Source of the DNA: Pirellulales bacterium
Lineage (GTDB): Bacteria; Planctomycetota; Planctomycetia; Pirellulales; JAICIG01
NCBI GenBank assembly: GCA_040901675.1
Contig: JBBDYJ010000031.1
Coordinates: 153,220 to 217,219 of the forward strand
Reading direction: 5' to 3'
Length of the DNA stretch: 64,000 nt
The notes under the pieces were generated by a model. The model ran no database searches. It saw only the letters and a list, made by a program, of their open reading frames with translations, and was not told the origin of the DNA. A program made the translations under genes and the position numbers. Positions 1 through 10,125 of this stretch are shown one piece after another. Every line of letters begins with the position of its first letter. The first letter of the stretch is position 1.

Positions 1-950
1 CCGAGGCCGGTGTCCCGGTTTCGATCATCGGAAAGCAGGGCAAGCTCGATCCGATGGCACTGGTGCGGTTGAAAAAGCACCTGGCGGGCTTGCGGCCCGA
101 CCTGGTACACACCTGGCTGTTCGCGGCCAACAGCTACGGCCGGGCGGCGGCGTTGTGGGCCGGCGTGAAGCGGATCGTGGCCGGCGAGCGGTCGGTCGAC
201 CCATGGAAGGCCTGGCACGAGCTGGCCATCGACCGCTGCCTGGCCCGGCGGACCGATCGGATCGTCGTCAATAGCTCGGGGGTGCGCGACTTCTACGTCC
301 GGCACGGGCTGCCCGGGGACCAGTTCACGGTGATTCCCAACGGCGTCGACGTCCGCGCGGCGATGGCCGCCGACAAGGACGCGTGCCTGGCCGAGCTGGG
401 TTTGCCGGCCGGTGCCAGGCTGATCGGGGCGGTGGGCCGGCTCTGGCCTCAGAAGCGCGTCAAGGACCTGATCTGGGCGGCCGACATGCTCAAGTTCATC
501 CGCGACGACGTACACCTGCTGGTGATTGGCGAGGGTCCGCAGCGGGAGCGATTGGAGCGGTACCGGCGGCAGATGCGGATTGAAGACCGGGTACACTTCT
601 TGGGGCACCGCCCGGACGTGCCGCGCCTGTTGCCCAACTTCGACGTGCTCTGGCTGGCGAGCGAGTACGAAGGCATGCCCAACGTGATCATGGAAGCGAT
701 GGCGGCCCAGGTTCCGGTGGTGGCGACCGACATCTCCGGCAATCGCGACCTGGTGGTGTCCGGCGAGACCGGATACCTGGTACCCGTCGGCGACCGGGGC
801 GCCTTGGTCCGCGCAACGCACAGAATCCTGAACGACGCCGCGCTAGCTCATCGTTTGGGTTCCGCCGGCCGCCAGCGCATGCTCGATCACTTCAGCGTGG
901 CCGCCATGGTCGAGCGTCACGCCGCCTTGTATCGCGAGCTGCTGGCGTGA
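1..950 (+). CDS. Glycosyltransferase family 4 (GT-B), 5' end outside the window
   Basis: Frame open from position 3; motifs VIPNGVD, VGRLWPQKR, SEYEGMPNVIMEAMA, VVATDISGN. Confidence 0.92.
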   Translation, partial: EAGVPVSIIGKQGKLDPMALVRLKKHLAGLRPDLVHTWLFAANSYGRAAALWAGVKRIVAGERSVDPWKAWHELAIDRCLARRTDRIVVNSSGVRDFYVRHGLPGDQFTVIPNGVDVRAAMAADKDACLAELGLPAGARLIGAVGRLWPQKRVKDLIWAADMLKFIRDDVHLLVIGEGPQRERLERYRRQMRIEDRVHFLGHRPDVPRLLPNFDVLWLASEYEGMPNVIMEAMAAQVPVVATDISGNRDLVVSGETGYLVPVGDRGALVRATHRILNDAALAHRLGSAGRQRMLDHFSVAAMVERHAALYRELLA

Positions 951-988
951 ATACGCCGAAATACTGAGTCGCTCGGCCTCGCTCATTC

Positions 989-1133
989 GCCCCGAAGGGG
1001 CCGCAAGACATCAGCCCAGGGCAGAGCGCAGCGGCGTCAGCCGCAAAGCGCCGCCCTGGGGAACCCCCACGGTACATTTTGCATCCAGCCCTGCAAGGGC
1101 GAAACAAGGTCAGCTTCGTGGCTTGTGCCGCCC
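989..1133. repeat. REP/REPIN-like palindromic intergenic element between convergent genes
   Basis: GCCCGAAGGGGC, CCCAGGGC...GCCCTGGG and GCCCTGCAAGGGC hairpins. Confidence 0.6.
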
Positions 1134-3794
1134 TTATCTTTCACCAAGCCCCTTCGGGGCAGGCGGATCGGGTTCCGCCTCCCAAGGGAGACCGATGATT
1201 TCGACGAGCAGGCGGTTCAGCTCGGTCCCGACGGCTTTCATGGAAAGCACCTTGCCATCGCGGCCCACCAGGATGTGCGTCGGATAGCTGCTGATGCCAT
1301 AGCGCTGGGCAGTTGGCTGTATTCCATCGGCATCGGCGGCCAGCACCGGCCAGGTGATCTCGTGCTTGTCGAGAAAGCGCTTGAGAACGTCGCCGTTCTG
1401 GTCGATTGTGATGCCGACGATCTCGAAGCCGCGCTCATGGTAGCGCTCGAAACAATGCTTCAAATACGGCAGCTCGGCGATGCACGGCTCGCATCCCATG
1501 AACCAGAACTCGACCAGCACCACCTTGCCCCGATAGGCCGCCCAATCGAACACCTTGCCATCGACAGTCTTGCCGGTCACCTCGATCTTGTGTCCGGGCA
1601 ACGCCGCTTGACGGTCGGCTCCTTCGAGTCGGTTAACCAGCTCAATCAGCGAACCGGCATGCTCGCCCAGCAATGGGGTTAACTGCCTTCCGCCCTTGAT
1701 GGCCAGTTCTTTGCGGCCGGAACCGTGAATGCGCCAAACCGCCATGCCAGCCAGATCGTTGTCACCAGCGTTCGGATTCCTGTTGGCGATATACTTCTTA
1801 AGATCTTCGAGCAACCGCGCTTGTTCCTCGGCATTCGCTTTTCCCGCTGCCTCGATCCTAGCGACCAGCGCCAGGTATCCCTCGGGGACCGCTTCTCCGG
1901 TTTCCGTGGCCATCAGTTGCTCGTGGGTCGCACGGCTGTTCATTTCGTCCTGCGTGATGACTCGCCGACTGCCGTCGAGCCGAACCAGATAGGTCACCCA
2001 TCCCTTGCGGTCCGCGTCTCGGCGGTCGTTGACTCTGGTCCCCGGCGGAAAGTCGAATGCGAACGCCTCGTCATTGATTCTTGGGTTGAGCTCGAAACGG
2101 CTGACTTTGGCCGATCTTCGGGATTGCACGGTGGCCGGGGCGCTGCCGTCGGCCATCCTCCCAAAATGCGTGAACTGCCAGCGCGAGGGATGCCACGCAT
2201 CCTGCTCTTCATCCTTGGAGTATTCGATCTCTGTCTGAGTCGAGGGGTCCGCGTCCGCGGCGTGACGGGTCATCACTTGTACTGGAAGGAAGCCGCGCTC
2301 GGGATCGACGACCAGTGAGAAGCGGAGGCCTCTGCCAGCCATTCGCTGATCGAGCCGCCAACACTCGCGGCCCCCTACATCCACCGCCTCATTCACGAGT
2401 TCGAATTCCGCCAGGCGAATTGGACGGCCCTGAAAAACCACCATGTCGAACGGGCGAAGCGGAAGAATGATGGGGAGGTGAAGGAGGCTCTTCAGTTCAT
2501 CAGATCTCTCCCGGCGGTTGATAAAACCGATGGCATGGAATCGTCGTTCTTCGGCCTCATCGGCACCAAAAAACGAGCAGCTCTCGACGCCGTCAAAAAT
2601 GTCGACATAGCGCCGCGGAAGGAACTCGACTCGTTCGGTGATCCAGTGTGGTCCATGGAACGAATGCCGCAATCGGCGTCCATCATATACAAGCTCACGG
2701 GACTTGGTGATGGTGAGATCCTCTGGAGGACCGAAGCGTACAGGCGAGCTCCTCAAATTACCCACATGGGAATTCTTCGCCACGAACTCGGTCTGCTCCC
2801 AGGCGACCGAAAACGCCTGGTTCTTCGCCTGGCGGGCCTGCCAGGCGCGTTCGATCATCGCGATCTTCGCATCCGGCTTGCTCGGCTGGGCGGCCTCGGC
2901 TGGTGGAGGACCTGTCGCCTGAGCCGCCGCCGGCTCAGCCACCGCCTGTGCGGCATCGGCTGGTCCCGGCTCGGCGGCCAGCGCGCGATAACCGATTACG
3001 GCGGCCGAGGCCGCAACGACGCCGGTCGCCAGCGAGGCGACGAGCGCCATTTTCATTTTGGATACGGCCATGGTCTGGATAACTCCTTGTGTCAAGAGTG
3101 CCACGTTGGCCGAAACGGCGCCCGCCGTCACGGTATTGCCCGCGAATGCGGAGGCGGCCTGGAGCGTGGCCGCCTCCAACTGGGCCGATACGCCGGCGGC
3201 CGCCTGCTCGGCCAAGGCGGAGACGACGGCCGCCGGACCCAGCGCGAGTCCTCGCTTGGACAGCCGCCTGCGCAATAGTTCGCGCCCCCTGGCCAGGCGG
3301 CTCGACAAGGTGCCTTCGGGCACGCCGAGCTGCCGGGCCGCCTCCTGGCGGCTTCGGCCTTCCAGGTCGGCCAGCACGATGGCCGCGCGGTACTTGTCCG
3401 GCAGGCGGCTGAGCTCATTGTCCAGGATCGACTTCAGCTCGAGCAGATCGGGGCTTGGCGGCTGGCCCGGTATTTCGCGTTCAATTGGCCGGCTCTCCCT
3501 GGTTTTGCGGTTGGCGTTCATGGTTTGCGCCTTGAGTGCCGTGCGGTGGGCAACGCCGTACAGCCAGTTGCCTACCATGTCTCTGGGGACGATCGACGGG
3601 GCTTTGCGGACCAGGACCAGAAAGGTGGCTTGAAAAGCATCGTCGGCATCGTGCGAGTCGCCCAGCGCCCGCCGGCAGACGGCCAGCACCATCGGCCCAT
3701 GCCGGCGGAGCAGTTCGGCAAAGGCCGCCTCGTCCCGGCCGGCGATGTACCGCTCCAGGAGCTGGCCGTCCGTCAGCGGTTCGACGTCGTTCAT
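1134..3794 (-). CDS. ECF sigma-70 factor with TM helix, extracytoplasmic domain and C-terminal TlpA/redoxin domain
   Basis: Start MNDVEPLTDGQLLERY; region 2 DADDAFQATFLVLVRKA; region 4 LGVPEGTLSSRLARGR; hydrophobic MALVASLATGVVAASAAVIGY; C-terminal YRGKVVLVEFWFMGCEPC and YPTHILVGRDGKV. Confidence 0.9.
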   Translation of the reverse strand: MNDVEPLTDGQLLERYIAGRDEAAFAELLRRHGPMVLAVCRRALGDSHDADDAFQATFLVLVRKAPSIVPRDMVGNWLYGVAHRTALKAQTMNANRKTRESRPIEREIPGQPPSPDLLELKSILDNELSRLPDKYRAAIVLADLEGRSRQEAARQLGVPEGTLSSRLARGRELLRRRLSKRGLALGPAAVVSALAEQAAAGVSAQLEAATLQAASAFAGNTVTAGAVSANVALLTQGVIQTMAVSKMKMALVASLATGVVAASAAVIGYRALAAEPGPADAAQAVAEPAAAQATGPPPAEAAQPSKPDAKIAMIERAWQARQAKNQAFSVAWEQTEFVAKNSHVGNLRSSPVRFGPPEDLTITKSRELVYDGRRLRHSFHGPHWITERVEFLPRRYVDIFDGVESCSFFGADEAEERRFHAIGFINRRERSDELKSLLHLPIILPLRPFDMVVFQGRPIRLAEFELVNEAVDVGGRECWRLDQRMAGRGLRFSLVVDPERGFLPVQVMTRHAADADPSTQTEIEYSKDEEQDAWHPSRWQFTHFGRMADGSAPATVQSRRSAKVSRFELNPRINDEAFAFDFPPGTRVNDRRDADRKGWVTYLVRLDGSRRVITQDEMNSRATHEQLMATETGEAVPEGYLALVARIEAAGKANAEEQARLLEDLKKYIANRNPNAGDNDLAGMAVWRIHGSGRKELAIKGGRQLTPLLGEHAGSLIELVNRLEGADRQAALPGHKIEVTGKTVDGKVFDWAAYRGKVVLVEFWFMGCEPCIAELPYLKHCFERYHERGFEIVGITIDQNGDVLKRFLDKHEITWPVLAADADGIQPTAQRYGISSYPTHILVGRDGKVLSMKAVGTELNRLLVEIIGLPWEAEPDPPAPKGLGER

Positions 3795-4057
3795 GAAGCT
3801 AGTGGTCGGTGGTCGGTGGTTAGTGGCTCCGCCTGCGGCGGACTTGCAGCACGCGCGAGGTCGGCGACGAAGGTGGATCTTCGACGGGCGCATCCGGCTA
3901 CGCGCCGGATTGCCGTCCGGCCCCGTGAACCTCACCTATGTATTGCCGCAGCCGGGCCCGCGCGTCCAATAATTTGCATAATTTGCAAAAAAAGGCGATT
4001 TCGGTAGGAGAAATCCTGGTGGAGGCGGAACGCGGCCCGAATTCTGGCGCTCTCCGG

Positions 4058-4945
4058 CTACGCCAGCGGATCCAGCGAGTCAGGCACGGCCGCTGGGCTC
4101 TCTCGGCTCGCATCGACCGTTGGAACGAGCCGGTAGCCGCACAGCCGCACGACGAGCAACGTAGCGACCGTGATCGCCGCCTGGCAGGCAGCCAATGCCA
4201 TCCAGACATGCACCGGTTCTCGACCCCCTTGCTGAACCAAGTAGTGGTGCGGGATTGCGCCAACCGGCGCACAAGCAGTGATCGCCGCCAGCGCCGGCAG
4301 CACGACTCTTTTGGGTACGAGGGTCGCGGATGCGGCAACCCAGCCAATCCACCCCAGGCTGAAGCTCAAGATAAAGGTGACGGCGACGTCACTATCGTGC
4401 TTCCCAACGAAATCATAAACGGTAAGCAGGCCGGCGAAGGCCGCGGTAAAGCAGAACAAAAAGCGGATCGTGATCTGAACAGGACTCCGACTATCCGTAA
4501 GCCCTCCAGCCAAGGCGAGGCGAAGGCGCGGCTTGAAGCGTCCGAAGATTGTCGCGGCCAGGAAGGCAGGCATGATTGAAAAGGCGGCAAGAAGCAAGGA
4601 AATCACGGCGTCATCAGCTTCGAGTGACTCCGCCGACAGGAACGACAAAGACCACAAGTAGAGGAGCCCAAGGGCCGTGCCTGCCAGACGGCGCAGCGGC
4701 GAAACAAGCGAAAGCGCCGCCCAAAGCCCTACCAGGCCGGCCGCACTGAAAACGTACGCGACAAACAGAACCGTGCCTGGCGTGGGCGAAGGCTGCGGAT
4801 CAACCAGCCGGGCGGCCACAATCCCGAGTACGACGTGGGCGGCGACCAGCACGTAGATGATCCGCCGCCGCCTGGCTGGTGTCATGGGTTCCGCGGTTGG
4901 TGGCGCTGAAGCTGCTTTTGCGCCATTTTCTTCGCCGGCATTCAT
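4058..4945 (-). CDS. Polytopic membrane protein, unknown function
   Basis: 295 aa with many hydrophobic segments; QITIRFLFCFTA motif typical of planctomycete membrane proteins. Confidence 0.75.
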   Translation of the reverse strand: MNAGEENGAKAASAPPTAEPMTPARRRRIIYVLVAAHVVLGIVAARLVDPQPSPTPGTVLFVAYVFSAAGLVGLWAALSLVSPLRRLAGTALGLLYLWSLSFLSAESLEADDAVISLLLAAFSIMPAFLAATIFGRFKPRLRLALAGGLTDSRSPVQITIRFLFCFTAAFAGLLTVYDFVGKHDSDVAVTFILSFSLGWIGWVAASATLVPKRVVLPALAAITACAPVGAIPHHYLVQQGGREPVHVWMALAACQAAITVATLLVVRLCGYRLVPTVDASRESPAAVPDSLDPLA

Positions 4946-5002
4946 GGAGTGGCCCGCGCGGTCACGACGTCGTTCTTAGCGGCGATACGTTGCGCCAGGG
5001 GG

Positions 5003-5235
5003 ACTGTCGCCCCCTTCGGGGCTTACGGCGTTGTCGGTGGCGCGTTTCCGGGAGCTTACGCACCCCGGCTATTAACTTTCGCCCCGTCCGGGGCTGTCCG
5101 GCATGCCCTCTGTAACTCCAACCATGCACGCCAGCCCTATAGCCCGCGAAGCGGGCGCTAGTCAATAGCCGGGCGGCGTAAGCCCCCGGTTTGCGAACCG
5201 ACATGCCAGTCTTCAGCCCCGAAGCGGGCGACAGT
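5003..5235. repeat. REP-like palindrome cluster (inverted pair); the same family recurs at 15303-15398
   Basis: AGCCCGCGAAGCGGGCG..AATAGCCGGGCGGCGTAAGCCCCCGGTT at 5141-5191, an inverted degenerate copy at 5048-5096 and a near-identical copy at 15303-15353. Confidence 0.8.
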
Positions 5236-5320
5236 TGCCTTCCGCGGCCGACGACCCCGCGGGCGGCGCCCAGCGTTTGGACGTCCGGAACTCTGGCGAA
5301 TTCCGCTACGGGGCGCCAGC

Positions 5321-6040
5321 TCAGTCCAGCACCTTGATCCGCGCGTTGCGGATTTGCGCGTGGTCGCCGCCGCGGCTGAGTTCCTGAAAACCGATGTGGC
5401 CGCGGCGCGGACGGTCCTTGATGGGAGGCGCGTCGCTGCCGTCGTGCCGCTTGACTGTCTCGCCGTAGTCGTCCAGGTCCAGGTCGTGGATCAGCTCGCC
5501 ATTCAAGGTCACGCGAAGCCGTGGGCCCTTCAAGCGGATCTCGTAGCGGTTCCACTCGGTCGGCTTGTAAACCTGCCGGCGAGGGGCGATGGCCCGATAG
5601 ATGCCGCCCGTCAGCTCGGAGTCCTTGGCCTCGGTATTGTAACGCAGATCGGCCATCTGCAGCTCCAGGCCGTCGAAGGCCGGATCGCCGAAGCCGGGCG
5701 CACGCAGGGCGCAGCCGCTGTTGCCAAGCTCGCTGAGCTTGAACTCGAACTCCAACTCGAAATCGTCGTACTCGCGGTCGCTGAAGAGCCAAGTGCCTCG
5801 CTCGCTGCCGTGCAGGATGCCGTCCTTCACAACCCACTCGGCCCCTTCGTCCGCCGGTTTGGCGACGTCGTTCCAACGCCGGACTTGCCAGCCTTCAGGC
5901 ACGCCGTCGCGGGGGAACAACGGCTCGAAGCCCGGCTCGGCCGCCACCGCCGGCAGCAGCATGACCAGAGCGAGAACGGCGCCCGCCAGCGGCCGGCGGA
6001 CGAGCGGCGAAGGACTGGACGCGCTGCGAATCACTCTCAT
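5321..6040 (-). CDS. DUF1080 (3-keto-disaccharide hydrolase-like) secreted protein
   Basis: Signal peptide; motifs WLFSDREYDDFELEFEFK, GNSG, ELQMAD, TGGIY, WNRYEI, GHIGFQ. Confidence 0.9.
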   Translation of the reverse strand: MRVIRSASSPSPLVRRPLAGAVLALVMLLPAVAAEPGFEPLFPRDGVPEGWQVRRWNDVAKPADEGAEWVVKDGILHGSERGTWLFSDREYDDFELEFEFKLSELGNSGCALRAPGFGDPAFDGLELQMADLRYNTEAKDSELTGGIYRAIAPRRQVYKPTEWNRYEIRLKGPRLRVTLNGELIHDLDLDDYGETVKRHDGSDAPPIKDRPRRGHIGFQELSRGGDHAQIRNARIKVLD

Positions 6041-6203
6041 TTGAGCCCTCCGGCGGCCGGGCGGCCTCACGGCGTTCGTAGTGACACCACTCAAGCCCAG
6101 AACGACCATCAACGCGCAGGATCCGGATGGCTTGACCGGCCAGCCGGATCCCGTGTTGCCCAGATTATCGAAACGACCGCGCCGATGCGCTCGCTACCAC
6201 CGT

Positions 6204-6893
6204 TCAATAGGCGAACGTGGCCAGAAACGCACTGCGCGTGTTGGGGTTGGTCCAACGCTGGCCCAGGCCGCGGCCGGCGAAACCGCCGTCGACGGTGAAA
6301 GCGGGCGCCGAGTTCTCCACCTCGGTCAAGGGCGGATAGTAGATCTCCTCGTTCGTGCACACGCAGTCTCCCTTGGCGAGCTTGCGGGTCGTCAAGTGCA
6401 CCTCGTCGCCGGCCTGGATCTGGCCCACCATGTCGATGTGGTCGAGCTTGATCTCGATCGGCAGCGAAGCGACACGGACCGTCTCACCGCCCAGCTTGCC
6501 GGCCCGCTGGCGGGCAAAACCGGCCAGCGCCGCGCGCTGCGACTCGTTGGCCCGCTCGTCGACCAACACCACCGACCTGATCGGCTCGGTGCGCGTGACG
6601 GCCTCGGCGAAGCCCAACGTCTCCACGGCACGCACCACCAGCACCACGTTCAACCCCGACAGGTCGACCCCCTCGTGGCTCCCCTCCTCGATGTTCCAAG
6701 CCAGAATGGCCTGCTGGCCGGTGATACCCATCTCGGCGTTGGCAAAGCAGGGACCCGTGTAGACGTCGCAGGTGCGGGTCTCGATGTAGTTGCCGCTGAT
6801 TTCGGCCGCCGAAGCGCCGCCGACGAGCAAGCCAAATGCCAAGACGACCGCGCCGACGACCGCCGCGGCCTTGCGATTCACGTTACGAAGCAT
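6204..6893 (-). CDS. DUF1326-like secreted protein
   Basis: Signal peptide followed by GNYIETRTCDVYTGPCFANAE; CVCTNEEIYYPPL. Confidence 0.8.
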   Translation of the reverse strand: MLRNVNRKAAAVVGAVVLAFGLLVGGASAAEISGNYIETRTCDVYTGPCFANAEMGITGQQAILAWNIEEGSHEGVDLSGLNVVLVVRAVETLGFAEAVTRTEPIRSVVLVDERANESQRAALAGFARQRAGKLGGETVRVASLPIEIKLDHIDMVGQIQAGDEVHLTTRKLAKGDCVCTNEEIYYPPLTEVENSAPAFTVDGGFAGRGLGQRWTNPNTRSAFLATFAY

Positions 6894-7089
6894 GCTTCCA
6901 TCCCCCTGTATTCAAGCGGGTTGAGTTGAATGTGTTGCCCTGCCGGGACCACCCGGCATTTTAGCCATCGCCGAGGCGATGGTCCAGCGGGGGTTGTCCT
7001 TCCTTGTCGCTTCCCGGGGCGACGATTATGCTGGACGGCATCGACCGCTGCCCCCCCCACGCACACCCACCGGCCCCAGGAGTTCCCAG

Positions 7090-8364
7090 ATGCTGCCAGC
7101 CAACCATGTTTCGCGGCGCCATTTTCTGGCCAGCGGCACCGCGGCCGCGGCCGTCGCCTGGACGGCCAAGAGCTACGCCCGCGTGATTGGGGCCAACGAC
7201 CGGATAGGCATCGGTTTTATCGGCGCCGGCGGCATGGGCAACGCCCACCTGGACGCAATCAATCAATTGCGCGAGCCGGACAACGTCGAGGCGGTCGCCG
7301 TGGCCGATTGCTGGCTCACGCGGGCCGACGAGGGAGCCAAGAAGGCCGCCGCGCCCCATGCGTTCGGCGATTACCGCAAACTGCTCGATCTCAAACAGAT
7401 CGACTACGTCAACATCGCCACGCCCGAGCACTGGCATGCCCGGATGACGCTCGAGGCGCTCGACGCGGGGAAGGCGGTCTACTGCGAAAAGCCGATGACC
7501 CACGCCATCCCCGAGGCCCTGGAGGTGGTCAAGAAGCAGCAGGCGACCGGCCTGGCCCTGCAGGTCGGCGTGCAAGCCATGTCCGACGACAGCTACGCCT
7601 CGGCCGCCGAGGCCATCGAGAAGGGCGTGATCGGCCGGGTGGTGCAGGCCCAGATCGAGTACGTTCGCCGCTACGACCAGGCGGGCCCCTGGCGGGCCGG
7701 CATCGACGACAACCTGCCCAAGCCGGCCGATCTCGACTGGGACGCCTGGCTGGGCAAAGCCCCGAAGATCGAGTGGAACCCGCATCACTACCACGAATGG
7801 CGGAACTACTCGGCCTATTCCGGCGGGATCTGCACCGACCTGTTCATCCACCGCATCACCCGGATCATGCGGGCCTGCAAGCTCACCTATCCCCGCCGCG
7901 TGGTCGGCATGGGGGGCATCTGGCAATGGCCCGACGGCCGCGACCTGCCCGACAATTTCGAGATGATCTGCGAGTATCCCCGCGGCATGACGGTCTACGT
8001 GCTGGGGACGATGAGCAACCGCGTGGGCATCGATCACCTGATCCGCGGCTACCGCGGCACGTTGTATTTCACTCCCAGCGGCTGGGTGGCCAAGGACAAG
8101 GACGGCAAGACGCTGGCCAGCCACGAACGGACGGGCGGCGAGGACATCAACCTGCACCACAACAACCTGCACCGCCACCTGCGCGAGGGAGTTCCGTTGA
8201 ACTGCCCGGCCGAGCTCGGTTTGGCCGGCGTCGTGGCGGTAAACATGGCGAACGAATCGTGGCGCAGCGGCCAGATGATGGGCTGGGACAAGCAAAAACA
8301 GGCCATGGTCCCGGCCAACACGATCGATTGGAAGCCGTTTCCCGAAGAGGATACCGCGGCCTGA
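7090..8364 (+). CDS. Gfo/Idh/MocA oxidoreductase, Tat-exported
   Basis: SRRHFL twin-arginine motif; IGFIGAGGMG; IATPEHWH; VYCEKPM. Confidence 0.93.
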   Translation: MLPANHVSRRHFLASGTAAAAVAWTAKSYARVIGANDRIGIGFIGAGGMGNAHLDAINQLREPDNVEAVAVADCWLTRADEGAKKAAAPHAFGDYRKLLDLKQIDYVNIATPEHWHARMTLEALDAGKAVYCEKPMTHAIPEALEVVKKQQATGLALQVGVQAMSDDSYASAAEAIEKGVIGRVVQAQIEYVRRYDQAGPWRAGIDDNLPKPADLDWDAWLGKAPKIEWNPHHYHEWRNYSAYSGGICTDLFIHRITRIMRACKLTYPRRVVGMGGIWQWPDGRDLPDNFEMICEYPRGMTVYVLGTMSNRVGIDHLIRGYRGTLYFTPSGWVAKDKDGKTLASHERTGGEDINLHHNNLHRHLREGVPLNCPAELGLAGVVAVNMANESWRSGQMMGWDKQKQAMVPANTIDWKPFPEEDTAA

Positions 8365-8391
8365 CAGATACCACGGCTACCACGGCACGAA

Positions 8392-9348
8392 ATGGGAATC
8401 AGGTTTAACTGCCGCCATTGCGGCCGCCAACTGAACGTCAAGAGTTCGTTGGCGGGCAAGCGCGGGCGCTGCCCACACTGCCAGCAAGCGATCGAGATCC
8501 CCGCGGTCGACCAGGCGGCTGCCGCAACGGGCGCGGCCGCCACCGCGCCCGGCGAGCAGACGGCCGGCGACCAGGCAGCCGGTGAGCGGGCGGCCGGTAC
8601 GGTGGTCGAGGCGCCTGCCCCACAAGCGCACAAGGCGGGCGCGGTGCCCGCCCCAGGGGACGCGGCGACGCCGGATGCGATCAACGAAGCGCCGCACCTG
8701 CGCTGGTATCTGCTGCCCGCCGGGGGCACCGGCCAGTATGGGCCGGCGTCGGCCGAGGCTTTCCGTGCCTGGATCGACGAAGGCCGCGTGGCCGCCGACT
8801 CGCTCGTTTGGCGAGAAGACTGGCCCGACTGGCGGTCCGCGGGGGCCGTTTTCGGGCTGGCCGGAGGGGGGCGGGATTCGGGCTTGCCGGCCGCTGGGCC
8901 TTCCACGACCGCCGCGGCCGGGGGGCCGGCAGTGCCGGGCGCTCCGTTGCCAGTTGCTCCGCTGGCCGGGCAAATACCGCTGGCAGGGGCCGTGGTGCAG
9001 GCCGCTGCCCCGCTCTCCCCACTGGCTCCCGTGGCCCCCGTGGCCGCGCCCGTGGGAAATGCGGGTGCGCCGCTGACGAGCGTGGCGGCGCCGGTGGCGA
9101 TCGCGGTCGGGGCGCCGACCGGCGGCGGGCCGGCGAGTTGGCCGGTCGTCGATCCCGGATTGCCCTCCGGAGCCGGGGCAAGGCGCGGCGTCCGCTACCG
9201 CCGCCGCTCGAATATAGGACCTATTATTGCCATTGTGGTGCTGCTGGTGGCAATGATCCCCTTGTCGTACATGCTGTGGCGGGTGTTGAACGACCAGTTC
9301 CACGGGGCCGGCCCCGTGCCGGCTAGCCCAGCGGCGGCCGACGGGTAG
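8392..9348 (+). CDS. Zn-ribbon + GYF_2 (DUF4339) membrane-anchored protein
   Basis: CRHC...CPHC ribbon; WYLLPAGGTGQYGPA..WIDEGRV..DSLVWREDWPDW; C-terminal TM helix. Confidence 0.85.
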   Translation: MGIRFNCRHCGRQLNVKSSLAGKRGRCPHCQQAIEIPAVDQAAAATGAAATAPGEQTAGDQAAGERAAGTVVEAPAPQAHKAGAVPAPGDAATPDAINEAPHLRWYLLPAGGTGQYGPASAEAFRAWIDEGRVAADSLVWREDWPDWRSAGAVFGLAGGGRDSGLPAAGPSTTAAAGGPAVPGAPLPVAPLAGQIPLAGAVVQAAAPLSPLAPVAPVAAPVGNAGAPLTSVAAPVAIAVGAPTGGGPASWPVVDPGLPSGAGARRGVRYRRRSNIGPIIAIVVLLVAMIPLSYMLWRVLNDQFHGAGPVPASPAAADG

Positions 9349-9445
9349 AATGCCGTCAAGCTTTGCTTGAGTAAACTATCCGCACCGTCCGTCTTTTGCG
9401 CCGATTTACCACCGCGCCTTACCACCGCGCAGGGAGACTCGCGAC

Positions 9446-10042
9446 ATGAGCCCGACAGCCAAACAATTCAACCGCCTCGCCCCGTTCATCTGCGTCCTGG
9501 CCGTCTCGATTCTGTGCCAGCCGGCCGGCGGGTTCGACGACGACGCAAAGGACCGCGTCATCGATATCGCCGGCGGGAAGTTCAAGCTGACGGCTCCGGA
9601 CACCTGGGAGCGAAAAAAACCGAAGGTCAACATTATCGAGCACGAGTTCGAAGTGCCCGCCTCGAAGGGGGACAAGCGGCCCGGGCGGGTCACCGTGATG
9701 GGGGCCGGCGGCTCCGTCGAGGAGAACATCGAACGCTGGTACGGGCAGTTCAAGCAGCCCGACGGCAGCGCCACCGAAGACTCGGCCAAGGTCGAGAAGA
9801 TGACCATCGCCGGACAGGAGGTGCACCTGGTCGACGTGACAGGCACCTTTCTGGACAAGCCGCCATTCGCGGCCGGCCGTGCCATCGAGCGCGAAGACTA
9901 CCGGCTGCTGGGCGCGATTATCGTGACGAGGCAAAAGGAAAAGCCGACGGGCAACTACTTTGTCAAGCTCGTCGGCCCGAACCAGACGCTCAACGAGCAC
10001 GAAGAAGCGTTCCGCGAGATGATCGAAGGGCTCTCGAACTGA
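9446..10042 (+). CDS. Secreted conserved hypothetical protein
   Basis: Signal-like N-terminus; GGSVEENIERWYGQF and YFVKLVGP; genome-typical codon usage. Confidence 0.8.
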   Translation: MSPTAKQFNRLAPFICVLAVSILCQPAGGFDDDAKDRVIDIAGGKFKLTAPDTWERKKPKVNIIEHEFEVPASKGDKRPGRVTVMGAGGSVEENIERWYGQFKQPDGSATEDSAKVEKMTIAGQEVHLVDVTGTFLDKPPFAAGRAIEREDYRLLGAIIVTRQKEKPTGNYFVKLVGPNQTLNEHEEAFREMIEGLSN

Positions 10043-10119
10043 GTTGCTGGTTCCTAGCGGCAACCAGCATGGTTCTTCGTTCCTAGCAACCAGCAACTAG
10101 CAACTAGCAACCAGCAACC
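10043..10119. repeat. Heptamer short tandem repeat (YAGCAAC)n
   Basis: tagcaac cagcaac tagcaac tagcaac cagcaac. Confidence 0.8.
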
Positions 10120-10125
10120 TGGCGC

